This document shows, piece by piece, positions 23,956 through 35,713 of a DNA stretch of 43,730 nucleotides. The stretch lies in the IMG/VR virus record IMGVR_UViG_2617270944_000006. The stretch is one strand, 5' to 3'. Numbering within the stretch: the first letter of the stretch is position 1; every line of letters starts with the position of its first letter. A program made the position numbers and the translations under genes. The DNA comes from a virus. Taxonomy: Duplodnaviria > Heunggongvirae > Uroviricota > Caudoviricetes. Under the pieces are notes generated by a model. The model saw only the letters and a program-made list of their open reading frames with translations. It did not search any database and was not told the DNA's origin.

Positions 23956-24226
23956 AATGTTACCGTAATATGTGAGTATCCATCGACTAGACACTAAGCA
24001 AAAAAGCTCCCGAAGGAGCCTTCATTTTCACTTTCTTAAATCTAACGACAGACGGCTAACATTTAAGTATTGTGAAATATTATCAAATGTAATCATCATT
24101 GATTTACAAAAGATACATTTTGCCCCGAAAGGATTCCTGTCAGAAACATCAAAAGATGATGTTCTATACTGAGAACCATGGCAACACGGGCATCTAAAGT
24201 GAATATGGTTTGTAATATTTTCTACC

Positions 24227-24439
24227 TCAAAGTGCCACAACATGAACAGCCGCGGGGCCTTTAGGTCCGTTCTCAATACCAAATTCGACTTCCTGATTCT
24301 CAGTTAACGTTTTGAAATCGTTGCTCTGAATAGCTGAGAAATGGACAAACACATCTTTGCTACCATCTTTCGGCGTGATGAAACCAAAACCTTTTTCAGG
24401 GTTAAACCATTTCACTAAACCAGTCATTTTGTTAGACAT
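24227..24439 (-). CDS. cspI: Cold-shock protein, CspA family (CspI-like, 70 aa)
   Basis: [34 protein letters not shown] cold-shock domain with RNP motifs; adjacent to Rz as cspI is in Qin. Confidence 0.8.
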   Translation of the reverse strand: MSNKMTGLVKWFNPEKGFGFITPKDGSKDVFVHFSAIQSNDFKTLTENQEVEFGIENGPKGPAAVHVVAL

Positions 24440-24802
24440 CATTATTACCTTTTGAAGAAGTTAGCCCTTGGGCAGAATGGTCCGAAAAAAAATATCAGAG
24501 AGAAAAACCAACAAGGAAATCTCAAGAGGTACAAATAATAAAATTATAACAATGACTGCTTCAGATAATTTTGTAACAAACCAGAACACCATTAACGCAT
24601 GATTAACCAACCATAGCAAGGATTACTTTTGTAAAGAAAAACACACGAATGAAACAATATCTTTATTTATTAATAAAACGTGTCATTCTGTCTAATGACC
24701 TTTTATCTTACCCTTAAGATTTCAAGGATTTTGACTCATGGAAGAGTCCTTTTTATTTAAATTTCACATTCAGCGCTAAAAATAATCCGATTTAATATTA
24801 AT

Positions 24803-25830
<1,028 letters not shown>

Positions 25831-25957
25831 GGATATTTATCAGGATTTATCAGTTTCTAATCTCTAGATATGTTAAGCACTCAGCCCGTCAGTGGTGGAT
25901 ACTGGCGTGTGTAATAAAGGGGGGATGGCTGATTACCTCTGATAAGGGAATGTAACT

Positions 25958-26167
25958 ATGAACGGTATAGATCCATTCAAACCAATCAGTAAGCAACTTG
26001 ATGTGGTATTACCACAACTGACAAAACACAACGACCTTCTGGATAAAGTGTTGCCTTTTTATATTGCTGTTACCGCAAAATTATCAGGTAAAACTCGAGA
26101 AGAGGTTCTCAAATATAACATGCTGGCTTTAGAAACAATTTTTGGCTCAGAAAAAGCGGGAAAATAA
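25958..26167 (+). CDS. Hypothetical 69-aa protein encoded antisense to the lysis cassette, between R and ydfR-like
   Basis: ORF with AAGGGAA 7 nt upstream of ATG; followed about 95 nt downstream by a plus-strand rho-independent terminator. Confidence 0.45.
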   Translation: MNGIDPFKPISKQLDVVLPQLTKHNDLLDKVLPFYIAVTAKLSGKTREEVLKYNMLALETIFGSEKAGK

Positions 26168-26258
26168 CCCAAAGAGCTGGCAGAATCTCAATTTGCTTAT
26201 ATGACAAATATAAGAGTATCCGAAATCTTTGATAAGCTACCAGACATTGAATAATTTC

Positions 26259-26290
26259 TAAGCGGCAGTAATGCCGCTTTATATTTTTTC
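26259..26290 (+). terminator. Rho-independent terminator (hairpin agcggca-gtaa-tgccgct followed by a T-tract)
   Basis: GC stem directly followed by tttatattttttc on the plus strand; overlaps the stop codon of the ydfR-like gene. Confidence 0.6.
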
Positions 26291-26497
26291 AGCCAAATCT
26301 CTCAAGAACTGTTTGGCATGTTTTACCGCAGTAACTTCATAATAATCCAAACCAGCTCCTTCAAGTCGCTCAAGGTTGATGTTCAGATCAAAAATTTCAC
26401 CGGCAAAACGTTCTTTGTCCTGTAACGTTAAGATTACCGTAACTTTATTCTCAAAATTGCGGGTCCCTTTCACAATCAGTTCATAGTTTTTAGTCAT
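26279..26497 (-). CDS. YdfR-like small protein (lysis-cassette accessory protein)
   Basis: 72-aa ORF between holin and endolysin, the position of ydfR in Qin. Confidence 0.5.
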   Translation of the reverse strand: MTKNYELIVKGTRNFENKVTVILTLQDKERFAGEIFDLNINLERLEGAGLDYYEVTAVKHAKQFLRDLAEKI

Positions 26498-26501
26498 TGT
26501 C

Positions 26502-26717
26502 TTACTCTCCTCTCGCAGCCTTACGCCTGTCTTCTTTAATCTTGAAATAAAGGTTTGTCAGATACGTCAGCATGCCAAATACCAGACTACCCAATACACC
26601 TATTGCCGCCCACTGTGAGGGTGTGACTTTATCGAGCAACTGTAAAAACCAGTAGCCAGCACTGCCTGCAGAGGTGCTGTAGGCGATGCCCGTTGTTAAC
26701 TTATCCATGGATTTCAT
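26502..26717 (-). CDS. Holin, S21/EssD-like class II (pinholin-type), 71 aa
   Basis: [71 protein letters not shown]: two TM segments plus charged C-terminus; GGAGGTG RBS. Confidence 0.85.
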   Translation of the reverse strand: MKSMDKLTTGIAYSTSAGSAGYWFLQLLDKVTPSQWAAIGVLGSLVFGMLTYLTNLYFKIKEDRRKAARGE

Positions 26718-26805
26718 AGCCTCACCTCCGCAGATAACGGATGGTGTACACGGTTTGGTTCGAAGAAGGAAAGAAGTTACATTAGCGTAAGGCCCGAACA
26801 TCTAT

Positions 26806-26839
26806 TCAAAAAGAAAAACGCCAGCAATTATTCTGGCGT
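26806..26839 (-). terminator. Rho-independent terminator downstream of the AraC-family gene, upstream of the holin
   Basis: Minus-strand hairpin acgccag-aataattg-ctggcgt followed by tttttctttttg. Confidence 0.6.
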
Positions 26840-26907
26840 AGCTAAAAATATCGTATAATCTTACACTTCAAAAAATAACTTTATAAAATGCCATCACATC
26901 ATATCTT

Positions 26908-27630
26908 CTAAGAAAATCTTGATAAATATTGGTGCGGAGGCACACCAAAATATCTTCTAAAAACACTTACAAAATATGATGCATTGTCATACCCGCATAT
27001 TCCCGCCACCTTGCCGACAGTATGGTTACTGTAGATCAATAATCTTTGCGCCATCATCATTCGTTCTTCAAGAATTAATTTACTAAACGATAATCCTTCG
27101 TCTTTTAATTTTCTTTTTAACAAACTCTCGCTCATATATAATCTTGAAGATATATCACAAAGTCTCCATGACGCTGAGATATCCGAGTGAATAATAGCCT
27201 TAACTTTACAACCTAAGCTATTAAGACTTCCGAACAAAAAACTTTGCACTATTTTCTCTGAAGATAAGACAGCAAGACATGCAAGTGATATTTGATTTCT
27301 AACTACATCCACGGTTTTGCTATCACAATTCAAGCATGCAACCAAGTTCTTTAACAATGAAAAATCTTCACATTCTACTATCAAGTATGACGGATAAAAC
27401 CTTCTTACAGAAAAAGGTGAGAGTGTGTAGTTTTTAAAGAAATCATTAACTGTTTTCTCCTCAACATCTACGATCATTAGATGATCTGTATTTGACGAAA
27501 AAAGATCTTTTAAATTGTATTCAATGAGGACAGCATTTCCTTTTTTAAACAAAATATCTTCTTTACCAATTCGGACACCAAACGAGTTCAACACCAAAAT
27601 GATAGAACATATGTATGGCATATTATCCAC
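26908..27630 (-). CDS. AraC/XylS-family transcriptional regulator (AppY-like architecture), AT-rich cargo gene
   Basis: 240 aa; C-terminal dual-HTH AraC signature (LLIYSNHTVGKVAGICGYDNASYFVSVFRRYFGVPPHQY); strongly AT-rich coding sequence. Confidence 0.75.
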   Translation of the reverse strand: MDNMPYICSIILVLNSFGVRIGKEDILFKKGNAVLIEYNLKDLFSSNTDHLMIVDVEEKTVNDFFKNYTLSPFSVRRFYPSYLIVECEDFSLLKNLVACLNCDSKTVDVVRNQISLACLAVLSSEKIVQSFLFGSLNSLGCKVKAIIHSDISASWRLCDISSRLYMSESLLKRKLKDEGLSFSKLILEERMMMAQRLLIYSNHTVGKVAGICGYDNASYFVSVFRRYFGVPPHQYLSRFS

Positions 27631-28027
27631 CTGATATCATTGGGGTTACACCAGGTAAGTATAGGTGGAAAATCAATATTCGCCAGTTCAACAATAAGGA
27701 AAATCTCATTGCATCACAACTATAAAACCATGTGTTTAACTCACAAAAAACAAATCATTAAACTAATCTGTTATATTATAATAGCTGCGTGCAATAATAA
27801 TATTATATGCTCTTAATATTCACTTGAAATATCTTCATATAAAAACAGATTGAATAAAATCGTTTGGGGCTGGTATGTTTACCAACATTAAATTGCATCT
27901 CAATGTTTTCTTTAGCGTGAACAGGATTTTTATAAAAACTGACACTATGAGCATCATAGCGTAGTTTTTACGATTGTAAATATCCTGCATACAGGAACTC
28001 ATCACTTTCAGATGATATCGCATACAG

Positions 28028-28987
28028 TTAATTCACCATCAGTCTTAGAGCCAGTTCTTCCGGATAGGGATCGAAGTAATTCTGTGTAAGCAAGTAATCA
28101 TTAGGATACTCACCCAGATAATGCTTCAGCAGAGTCAACGGCGCAAGAAGAGGCAATGTGCCAAAGCGATAGTTAAGTATAACCTCGCTCAACTCTTTAC
28201 GCTGGCGTGTACTTAAGTAATTACTAAAATACCCCTGTATATGCATCAGCACATTCGTGTGATTTTTACGTGATGCTGGTTTTCTGAGAATCGCCATCAG
28301 ATTATCACGATACACCTCAAAGTATGATTCAAGGTCCGCCCACTCGTGTATTGCAGCCACAAATGGTCCCATATCTTTATAGCCTGCCTGGCTATGCGCC
28401 AACAACTGAAGCTTATAACGACTATGAAAAGCTAATAACTCTCTTCTTGATAATTTCTCCTTGTAAAGGTGATTGAGCTCATGCAAAGCAAAAACTCTTT
28501 CAATAAAATTCTCACGAAGCACTGGATCATGTAATCGCCCATCCTCTTCAACCGGTAGCCAGGAAAACTTTTCCATCAAAGTGCTCGTAAATAGTCCCAC
28601 TCCATCTTTACGACCTCGATTACCATTTTCATCATAGACACGCACGCGCTCCATGCCACAGCTGGGAGATTTAGCACAAACCACAAACCCCGATACATCC
28701 TTTAATTTGTCCATATAAGAACGACTAAACTCTGTCATTCTCTCTGTCACATCCTCATTCTGGTCGTGGCTGAAACACATCCGTATATTTCCTTGCTTCG
28801 AGCGCACAAGTCGTAGAGCAGGACGCGGAACTGGCAGCCCTATAGCCATTTCCGGACATACTGGTCTGAATGTTACCCATTCCACTAATTTGTCCATTAA
28901 AAAGTCATCTCTTTTGTGACCACCATCAAAACGAACAGCAGAACCGCCCAAACAACCGCTGATCCCAATCACAGGTTTTTTTATCAT
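28028..28987 (-). CDS. DUF523 (TudS-like, putative 4Fe-4S thiouracil desulfidase) fused to DUF1722 (YbgA-like)
   Basis: 319 aa; N-terminus MIKKPVIGISGCLGG..RFDGGHKRD..CPE..GLPVPRP is the DUF523 pattern with candidate cluster cysteines; C-terminal half resembles YbgA/DUF1722. Confidence 0.6.
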   Translation of the reverse strand: MIKKPVIGISGCLGGSAVRFDGGHKRDDFLMDKLVEWVTFRPVCPEMAIGLPVPRPALRLVRSKQGNIRMCFSHDQNEDVTERMTEFSRSYMDKLKDVSGFVVCAKSPSCGMERVRVYDENGNRGRKDGVGLFTSTLMEKFSWLPVEEDGRLHDPVLRENFIERVFALHELNHLYKEKLSRRELLAFHSRYKLQLLAHSQAGYKDMGPFVAAIHEWADLESYFEVYRDNLMAILRKPASRKNHTNVLMHIQGYFSNYLSTRQRKELSEVILNYRFGTLPLLAPLTLLKHYLGEYPNDYLLTQNYFDPYPEELALRLMVN

Positions 28988-29179
28988 ATTCTCCCCCTTG
29001 ACTAATTCATTAACACATAAACTGTGTAGTGCACGGAATAAATTGCCTTTCTGGCGTCATCACTGACAATTTTTCTGTTATGGACTATTCCTAATATAGT
29101 ATGAAAGTTCTTTAAGTGATCGGTCGTACTCATCTATCTTTCATACTTACTCTCAACTATCAAAAGTACAGGATTTATT

Positions 29180-29704
29180 ATGAAGTTATGGCCTGTGTTG
29201 ACTGGCATTGCACTCTCTTTCACTCTTATAGCATGTAAGGCCCCGACACCACCTAAAGGTGTGCAGCCGATTACAAATTTTGACGCCAACCGCTACCTCG
29301 GAAAATGGTATGAAATAGCTCGCCTCGAGAACTGGTTCGAACGTGGTCTGGAACAGGTCAGCGCTACTTATGAAAAACGGAACGACGGAGGGATTCGCGT
29401 ACTTAACCGTGGATACGATCCAACGAAAAACAAATGGAGCGAGAGCGAAGGTAAAGCATACTTTACTGGAGATACTAAAACTGCAGCGTTGAAAGTTTCG
29501 TTTTTTGGCCCCTTCTATGGTGGCTATAATGTAATCAAGCTGGATGATGAGTATAAGTATGCTCTTGTCAGTGGTCCGAACAGAGAATACCTATGGATTC
29601 TGGCAAGGACCCAAACTATTCCAGATAATGTAAAAGTAGACTATGTGCGTACCGCTCAAAAGTTGGGATTCAATGTCAATGAACTATTATGGGTTAAACA
29701 ATAA
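29180..29704 (+). CDS. Lipocalin family outer-membrane lipoprotein (Blc-like)
   Basis: 174 aa; lipoprotein signal (LIAC); motifs NFD..RYLG.WYEIAR, FERGLE, SEGKAYFTG, AALKVSFFGPFYGGYNVI, YLWIL.RT match E. coli Blc as recalled. Confidence 0.85.
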   Translation: MKLWPVLTGIALSFTLIACKAPTPPKGVQPITNFDANRYLGKWYEIARLENWFERGLEQVSATYEKRNDGGIRVLNRGYDPTKNKWSESEGKAYFTGDTKTAALKVSFFGPFYGGYNVIKLDDEYKYALVSGPNREYLWILARTQTIPDNVKVDYVRTAQKLGFNVNELLWVKQ

Positions 29705-29730
29705 AATCCCCACCCGAAATGATACTTATT

Positions 29731-29761
29731 AGAAAAAAACCAGCCTTTGGGGAGGCTGGCT
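29731..29761 (-). terminator. Rho-independent terminator on the minus strand between IS5 and the blc-like gene (tR'-like candidate)
   Basis: Minus-strand hairpin gccagcc-tccccaaa-ggctggt followed by ttttttt. Confidence 0.55.
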
Positions 29762-29825
29762 AAATCAGGAAACAAGCTGTTATATGATAATAACTACGTT
29801 GCGATTCCAACATTTAAAATGTTAG

Positions 29826-31020
<1,195 letters not shown>

Positions 31021-31058
31021 TTAGACTAATGAAAATCAGACAGCAACTTTTCCTTTAA

Positions 31059-31451
31059 TTATTTCGAACAATCAGCATCCATCTCCAATCGGAGATCCAA
31101 CACCATCAGCATGCCCTCCACTACGCCCTCAGCTTTCTGGAGCATCCTGCCAACCCAACAATCAGATCGCCCATGCTTACGTGCAAGCGCCATAAAAGTC
31201 ATGCCGCCGACATAATAGTCCACCAATAAATCATGTAAATCGCTGTTGTTTTTTTTCAGGCGAGCCATACATTCACAAATGATCATCGCGTCATCGTCAC
31301 AGCATTGCGGACGAGATCTTACTTTTGAAGGAATTAATCCCTTAAAACCGGCGGCAATGGACGACCAGGTCACATCTTCATGATTATTAGCCGCCCATGC
31401 CCCCCAACGCTCAAGAACCATCTGAATATCACGCATCAACTTACTCCACAA
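31059..31451 (-). CDS. Late-gene antiterminator Q (QuuD-like, about 130 aa)
   Basis: Small Cys-containing protein ([13 protein letters not shown]) upstream of the lysis region and downstream of ydfU-like, the Q position in lambdoid phages; size matches the short Q family. Confidence 0.65.
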   Translation of the reverse strand: MWSKLMRDIQMVLERWGAWAANNHEDVTWSSIAAGFKGLIPSKVRSRPQCCDDDAMIICECMARLKKNNSDLHDLLVDYYVGGMTFMALARKHGRSDCWVGRMLQKAEGVVEGMLMVLDLRLEMDADCSK

Positions 31452-31453
31452 AA

Positions 31454-32503
31454 TTAGGCCAGCACACCAATTGCCAGCGCGCGATCGATAAATCGAAAAA
31501 TCAGCTCCAGTTGGGAGCCATACTTCTCTTCAAATGCCACGGTATCCGTATGCAACTCGTCGTGATGCTTTCTGCACAAAGGCAACACAAAGAGATCATG
31601 TGCTTTGGTTCCCATTCCGCCCTGCCCGTGACCAATCAGATGATGCGGATCGTCGGCTGGCATACCGCAGCAAGCACACGGCTGTGTCTTAACCCAGCGT
31701 GTGTATTTCTCCTTAACCCAACGGTGACGTTTAGGCAGCTTCATGAAAGATTCCGGAGACTCTGGATCAACGGTGATGCTTACCACCGTCTTTTCCTGTG
31801 ATGGGTTTTGTTGCTGGTGGGCGTGAGGCAACGGTGCAAGATTTTTTGTGCGCTGTTTCAATATGCTGGTGGCGGTCTGCTCTCCCGGTACGATGTCGCT
31901 TTCGCGGTACACCGAGCAGTTTTTTTCCGCTGGTAATCCCAGCGAGCGACGTAATACCACTTCCGGTAGCGCGTCCGCCACCTGATTGCGGACCGCCCAC
32001 CAGGATAATTCAGCCAGAGATAATTCACGCTCCTGCGTACCGCTTATTGCGTGACCGATGACGTCAATCATCCATGCTGACAGGTTTTGATGAGCAAGTT
32101 GCTCGAGTGATTCGGATGTCTGGTCACGCAGCTGGTTGTCGCAGTGCCAGCACAACACCATTGCGCCGGTACCATAACGGTGAATAACGGTTTCGCTGTG
32201 ATGATAATCGCCGTGTGGCCACTGGCAGGATTTAATATGGCGCAACAGCCAGTCAGACAATGCACCAGCACCACCAGCAGCACGAATTACCCGTGCGTTA
32301 CTGAAAAACGGCAGCAATGTTTTGTCTTCCACCAGCGGCTGGCGAACGGCAGGAACGACCCCGGACGGCAGATTACGCATGCTTTTCGGTTCCGGCTCCA
32401 CCAGTACCCGGGTATTGTGGAATACCGGCATGGATTCACGGCCCGGCTTAACGACCACCAGCCCGAGTTCCGGTACCAGAACAGGTCGAAGTAATACCCG
32501 CAC
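31454..32503 (-). CDS. YdfU-like protein (DUF968) with C-terminal HNH-like His/Cys motif
   Basis: 349 aa, same length as K-12 YdfU; C-terminal [34 protein letters not shown]; lies immediately upstream of Q. Confidence 0.65.
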   Translation of the reverse strand: MRVLLRPVLVPELGLVVVKPGRESMPVFHNTRVLVEPEPKSMRNLPSGVVPAVRQPLVEDKTLLPFFSNARVIRAAGGAGALSDWLLRHIKSCQWPHGDYHHSETVIHRYGTGAMVLCWHCDNQLRDQTSESLEQLAHQNLSAWMIDVIGHAISGTQERELSLAELSWWAVRNQVADALPEVVLRRSLGLPAEKNCSVYRESDIVPGEQTATSILKQRTKNLAPLPHAHQQQNPSQEKTVVSITVDPESPESFMKLPKRHRWVKEKYTRWVKTQPCACCGMPADDPHHLIGHGQGGMGTKAHDLFVLPLCRKHHDELHTDTVAFEEKYGSQLELIFRFIDRALAIGVLA

Positions 32504-32504
32504 G

Positions 32505-32783
32505 TTACCTCCAGATGCGTTGCTGGAATGTACGGGACGGACGCGGTGGGCGTTCGGAGTAAGGCAATCTGACTGAGATTATCCAGTGACGGTAGTCGAG
32601 ACTAAGAGCTTTCTTAACCTCGTATCCGCGCCTGCGGTAACACTGAATTATCCATTCAGCCTGCTCTTCAGTGCATGGAGGGTGCTGGAACCATTCAGAC
32701 TTGAATGCGTGAGAATACCGCTCGTGCGTGCAGGCAAGAACGGGCGAATTATCAGAATTGTAATATTTTACGTTGCGTGCCAT
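32505..32783 (-). CDS. Hypothetical protein (92 aa)
   Basis: ORF ending at the ydfU-like start; no family recognised. Confidence 0.35.
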   Translation of the reverse strand: MARNVKYYNSDNSPVLACTHERYSHAFKSEWFQHPPCTEEQAEWIIQCYRRRGYEVKKALSLDYRHWIISVRLPYSERPPRPSRTFQQRIWR

Positions 32784-32849
32784 CGGTTTTCTCCGGTGGC
32801 ACGGTGTTACTCAGCGGGAGTTCAGCCCCGCGCAAGATTGTAGATGAGT

Positions 32850-33101
32850 TTATTCTTCTGCAAAAGCTGAAAAGCCTGCTTTTATTCCGATCTCTTTCAG
32901 TGCCTGTAATGAAGTGACAAACTCACCTTCGCGCAAGATAAATCCGTCTGTCACTCGACCATCCACAAAATTAATTAACGCAGCCCCATTCTTTCGCAAA
33001 CACATAATGCGGTAATGACTAACAAGATTTCCATTTTCAACGCACACAGCATAGAGGCCATCTTCACAAAAAATTTTACGCAGTTCTTCGATGTTCATCA
33101 T
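32850..33101 (-). CDS. Hypothetical small protein (83 aa), possibly Rem-like by position and length
   Basis: 83-aa ORF between hok and ydfU-like, where rem (83 aa) sits in Qin; sequence identity not verified. Confidence 0.4.
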   Translation of the reverse strand: MMNIEELRKIFCEDGLYAVCVENGNLVSHYRIMCLRKNGAALINFVDGRVTDGFILREGEFVTSLQALKEIGIKAGFSAFAEE

Positions 33102-33218
33102 CAGAATCCTTCCGGATAATTAGCTCTCCCCTTTAAGGGACCATCCCTCTTATCCCTGCGCGCTACTTAAGTATTTTTGATTCTATTCCGGCACCGTCCA
33201 GAACTTCAAACGCGTTGA

Positions 33219-33249
33219 AAATAAAAACAAAAACCCGCCGAAGCGGGTT
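33219..33249 (-). terminator. Rho-independent terminator downstream of hok
   Basis: Minus-strand hairpin cccgc-ttcg-gcggg followed by tttttgtttttatttt. Confidence 0.7.
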
Positions 33250-33317
33250 AAGTGCGGGTGCGTTGAGGATGCCTGCCACATCAGAGGTGGCGAGGGATTT
33301 CTCCCTCGCCGGGTCTC

Positions 33318-33473
33318 TTACTCCTCAGGTTCGTAAGCTGTGAAGACAGCGACCTCCGTCTGGCCGGTTCGGATTCGTACCTCGCAGAGGTCTTTCCTCG
33401 TTACCAGTGCCGTCACTATGACGGTTAAACAGATGACGATCAGGGCGATTAACATCGCCTTTTGCTGCTTCAT
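33318..33473 (-). CDS. hokD: Hok/Gef family small membrane toxin (type I toxin-antitoxin), 51 aa
   Basis: MKQQKAMLIALIVICLTVIVTALVTRKDLCEVRIRTGQTEVAVFTAYEPEE matches HokD as recalled; the in-frame upstream extension gives a 70-aa ORF (33318-33530). Confidence 0.85.
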   Translation of the reverse strand: MKQQKAMLIALIVICLTVIVTALVTRKDLCEVRIRTGQTEVAVFTAYEPEE

Positions 33474-33730
33474 AGCCTGCTTCTCCTTGCCTTTCGGCAC
33501 GTAAGAGGCTAACCTACATGTGTCTAGCATGAAATTGGCCTCAGATTAATGTTAAGCGTCTTGCAGGACGCGTAATGTTAACTGGGGCTTTTCTCTACCT
33601 GCCGTTGGTGTTCGTGCCCGAGGCAGATAGCCTCAAGCACCCGCAGTCATTCTACTTAACTAAGATTTCCCCGCAAACCGTTTTGTCCAGCACAGTAAAT
33701 ATCCAACTAAACCAATGGAGTTCGCTGTAT

Positions 33731-33949
33731 TTACCGCCAGTATTCAATGCACATGACCGCCATGAACACCCCTAAAAAAAGGGCATTTATATATCCAAAT
33801 ATTAATATCAAAACATCAACTTTTTCCATATACCTTGCTGTGAAGATGATGGGCATACATGATGCGAACAACCAGAACGCAACAAACAAAAACTGCAATG
33901 CGTTTTTCATTATTCCCCCTACAATCAATGTGCAATAACATTTAAACAC
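33731..33949 (-). CDS. Hypothetical small hydrophobic membrane protein in an AT-rich island
   Basis: 72-aa ORF (or about 59 aa from MKNALQFLF) with two predicted TM helices; very AT-rich. Confidence 0.35.
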   Translation of the reverse strand: MFKCYCTLIVGGIMKNALQFLFVAFWLFASCMPIIFTARYMEKVDVLILIFGYINALFLGVFMAVMCIEYWR

Positions 33950-34382
33950 ACCTCAATTTAGCCGGACATATAAATATCTAAACCAGAAAAAATCACTTAC
34001 ATAGCGTTACAAACTCTTTAGTCTAAATATTCATCGTAAAACATTCCCCATACTTATCAGCCCGTTCTGCGCCAGGTAGCTCATTGCCTTATCTGGGAAC
34101 CTGTAATCAGGTTTCCGGATGCTGGTGGATTTTCGCGTTTTAGTTGTTCATAAAAGTGCACAGCTTTAACCAGTTCTTCTGATGTAACCGGGACTGGCGG
34201 GGCAGTGAATAAGGCCTGAATTTCATAGTTCGGCCTATCGTTACAATCCTCTTTTTTCGGTACATATTTCCAGTCACCAGACCACTACTTCCCCTGAAAG
34301 TCCGTAACGCCTTTTTTTCACGTAGCGATATCGCCATGCCACTGTTTTTGCTTGCCCCGCCGTTTCATGCCCTTCCTGATAA

Positions 34383-34568
34383 TTAACCTCGCTCATTCAT
34401 CGCCCACTCATCACAATATGCTTCGACCGGAGTTTTTCCTGCTTCATAATCATCACGCCATGCTTCAGCATCAGCAGCACTGCCACCACGTAACTCTGCA
34501 TAGTCCATTAACAGTTCATGCCATTCTTCAAAACCGACGTTGTATTTAGTTGAACCAAAATCAGCCAT
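34383..34568 (-). CDS. Hypothetical small acidic protein (61 aa)
   Basis: ORF with GAGGAAG RBS upstream of ATG; acidic, Trp-containing. Confidence 0.45.
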   Translation of the reverse strand: MADFGSTKYNVGFEEWHELLMDYAELRGGSAADAEAWRDDYEAGKTPVEAYCDEWAMNERG

Positions 34569-35250
34569 TTTGTTCTTCCTCTTCGTCTTTTATTTCGTGA
34601 TATGATTAATTGCAGTAGTTAAAGAAAATATCTTTTGCTTCGTCATGTATTTCATCAGGCGTCGCATCATTATCCACTTCGAATTCATCCTCGAAATCTC
34701 CACCGGCTATTCCCGTTTCAATAATTATTTTAAACTTTCGCATTTAACTACCGCCCTTTCGGGCGGCCTCCTGATGTTCTGAGGGTGCAGAAATCCCTCC
34801 GGTTAAGGATTAAATTTTTAACAGTGCTAAATTTAATTATTCAGTTCTGGATTTTGTCACCCTGCGTATCCGCGCTTTCCCGTTACGCTCAATCTGAATT
34901 AGCTTTTCTATATTTTTTCGTCTTTCCCGTTCCTCCTGGCGCAAGAGCCTTACATCATCTGCCAGTCTGGTTTCTCTTTTCGCCACAGAGAGCATCCAGT
35001 CAAATGGCTCCACAACTGCACCTCAGATTTTACAGCGGACCTGACGCTCTTTTTCGTCAACCCGGACAGAAGCGTGATGGCAATATGGTCTTTCCGATGG
35101 CTCATAAAGAAAATTAACCTGATTACGAGGGTCATCCTCTTTTATCGGAAATAAAACGATATTGCTTAACTAATCCTCTGGTTTTATTTCCATGCTCCTC
35201 TCCTTTGATGCGAATGCCAGCGGTAATTGAAGCCTGATAGCTAATTTCAC

Positions 35251-35673
35251 TCACAGTACCGCCTCCTGAAAATTACCCTGATAGAAAGCCAGTACACGCT
35301 GCATAGCTTCACTCTTCCGGCACTCGCGACAGATTATGTTTAGACGACTGTCGTAGCGACGTATTTCTCCATCAGGTAGTGACCAGATAAGGTCCGGATC
35401 AACCACAGCGGGTTTCTTCACCTTCGCCCTAGAGAGTTTTTTGCGGGCATTTTGCCAGTCCTTTCGTGCCTGTTCAGACGGGAATAACCCGTAGCCGGAG
35501 TTGTATACATAACCACTGGCAACCAGCTCTCTGGCAAGAATGCTCATCAGATATCTTGTCGCACCTGTTTTAGCTTCCAACTGTCGTAATGTCTCGCGAC
35601 CGCTCTGGCGCACAAGTTCGACCACCTGCTCTTTAATTTTTTCCCGCTCTTCCTGTGTAAAAACTTTTGCCAC
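35251..35673 (-). CDS. Hypothetical phage early protein (140 aa), downstream of the replication initiator
   Basis: ORF only; basic C-terminal half with CxxC (CRECRK). Confidence 0.45.
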   Translation of the reverse strand: MAKVFTQEEREKIKEQVVELVRQSGRETLRQLEAKTGATRYLMSILARELVASGYVYNSGYGLFPSEQARKDWQNARKKLSRAKVKKPAVVDPDLIWSLPDGEIRRYDSRLNIICRECRKSEAMQRVLAFYQGNFQEAVL

Positions 35674-35713
35674 AAGTCCTCCTTAAAATTACCTCATGAC
35701 CTGAAATCAACAC

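Noticed and set aside
24028-24282. 84-aa Cys-rich ORF (CPCCH...C..C) next to the cold-shock gene
   Set aside because: Its 5' part overlaps the 3' end of the csp coding sequence by over 50 nt and no good RBS is apparent; it might correspond to a small gene at the ynfN position, but I could not support it well enough to list as a feature.
26840-26880. Sigma70-like late promoter directly upstream of the holin
   Set aside because: Candidate -35 (TTGAAG) and -10-like hexamers do not occur at acceptable spacing; no convincing promoter could be called by eye.
33318-34100. Expected relB/relE genes upstream of hok, as in K-12 Qin
   Set aside because: No RelE- or RelB-like ORF is present; the upstream ORFs are a small hydrophobic protein and AT-rich non-coding DNA.
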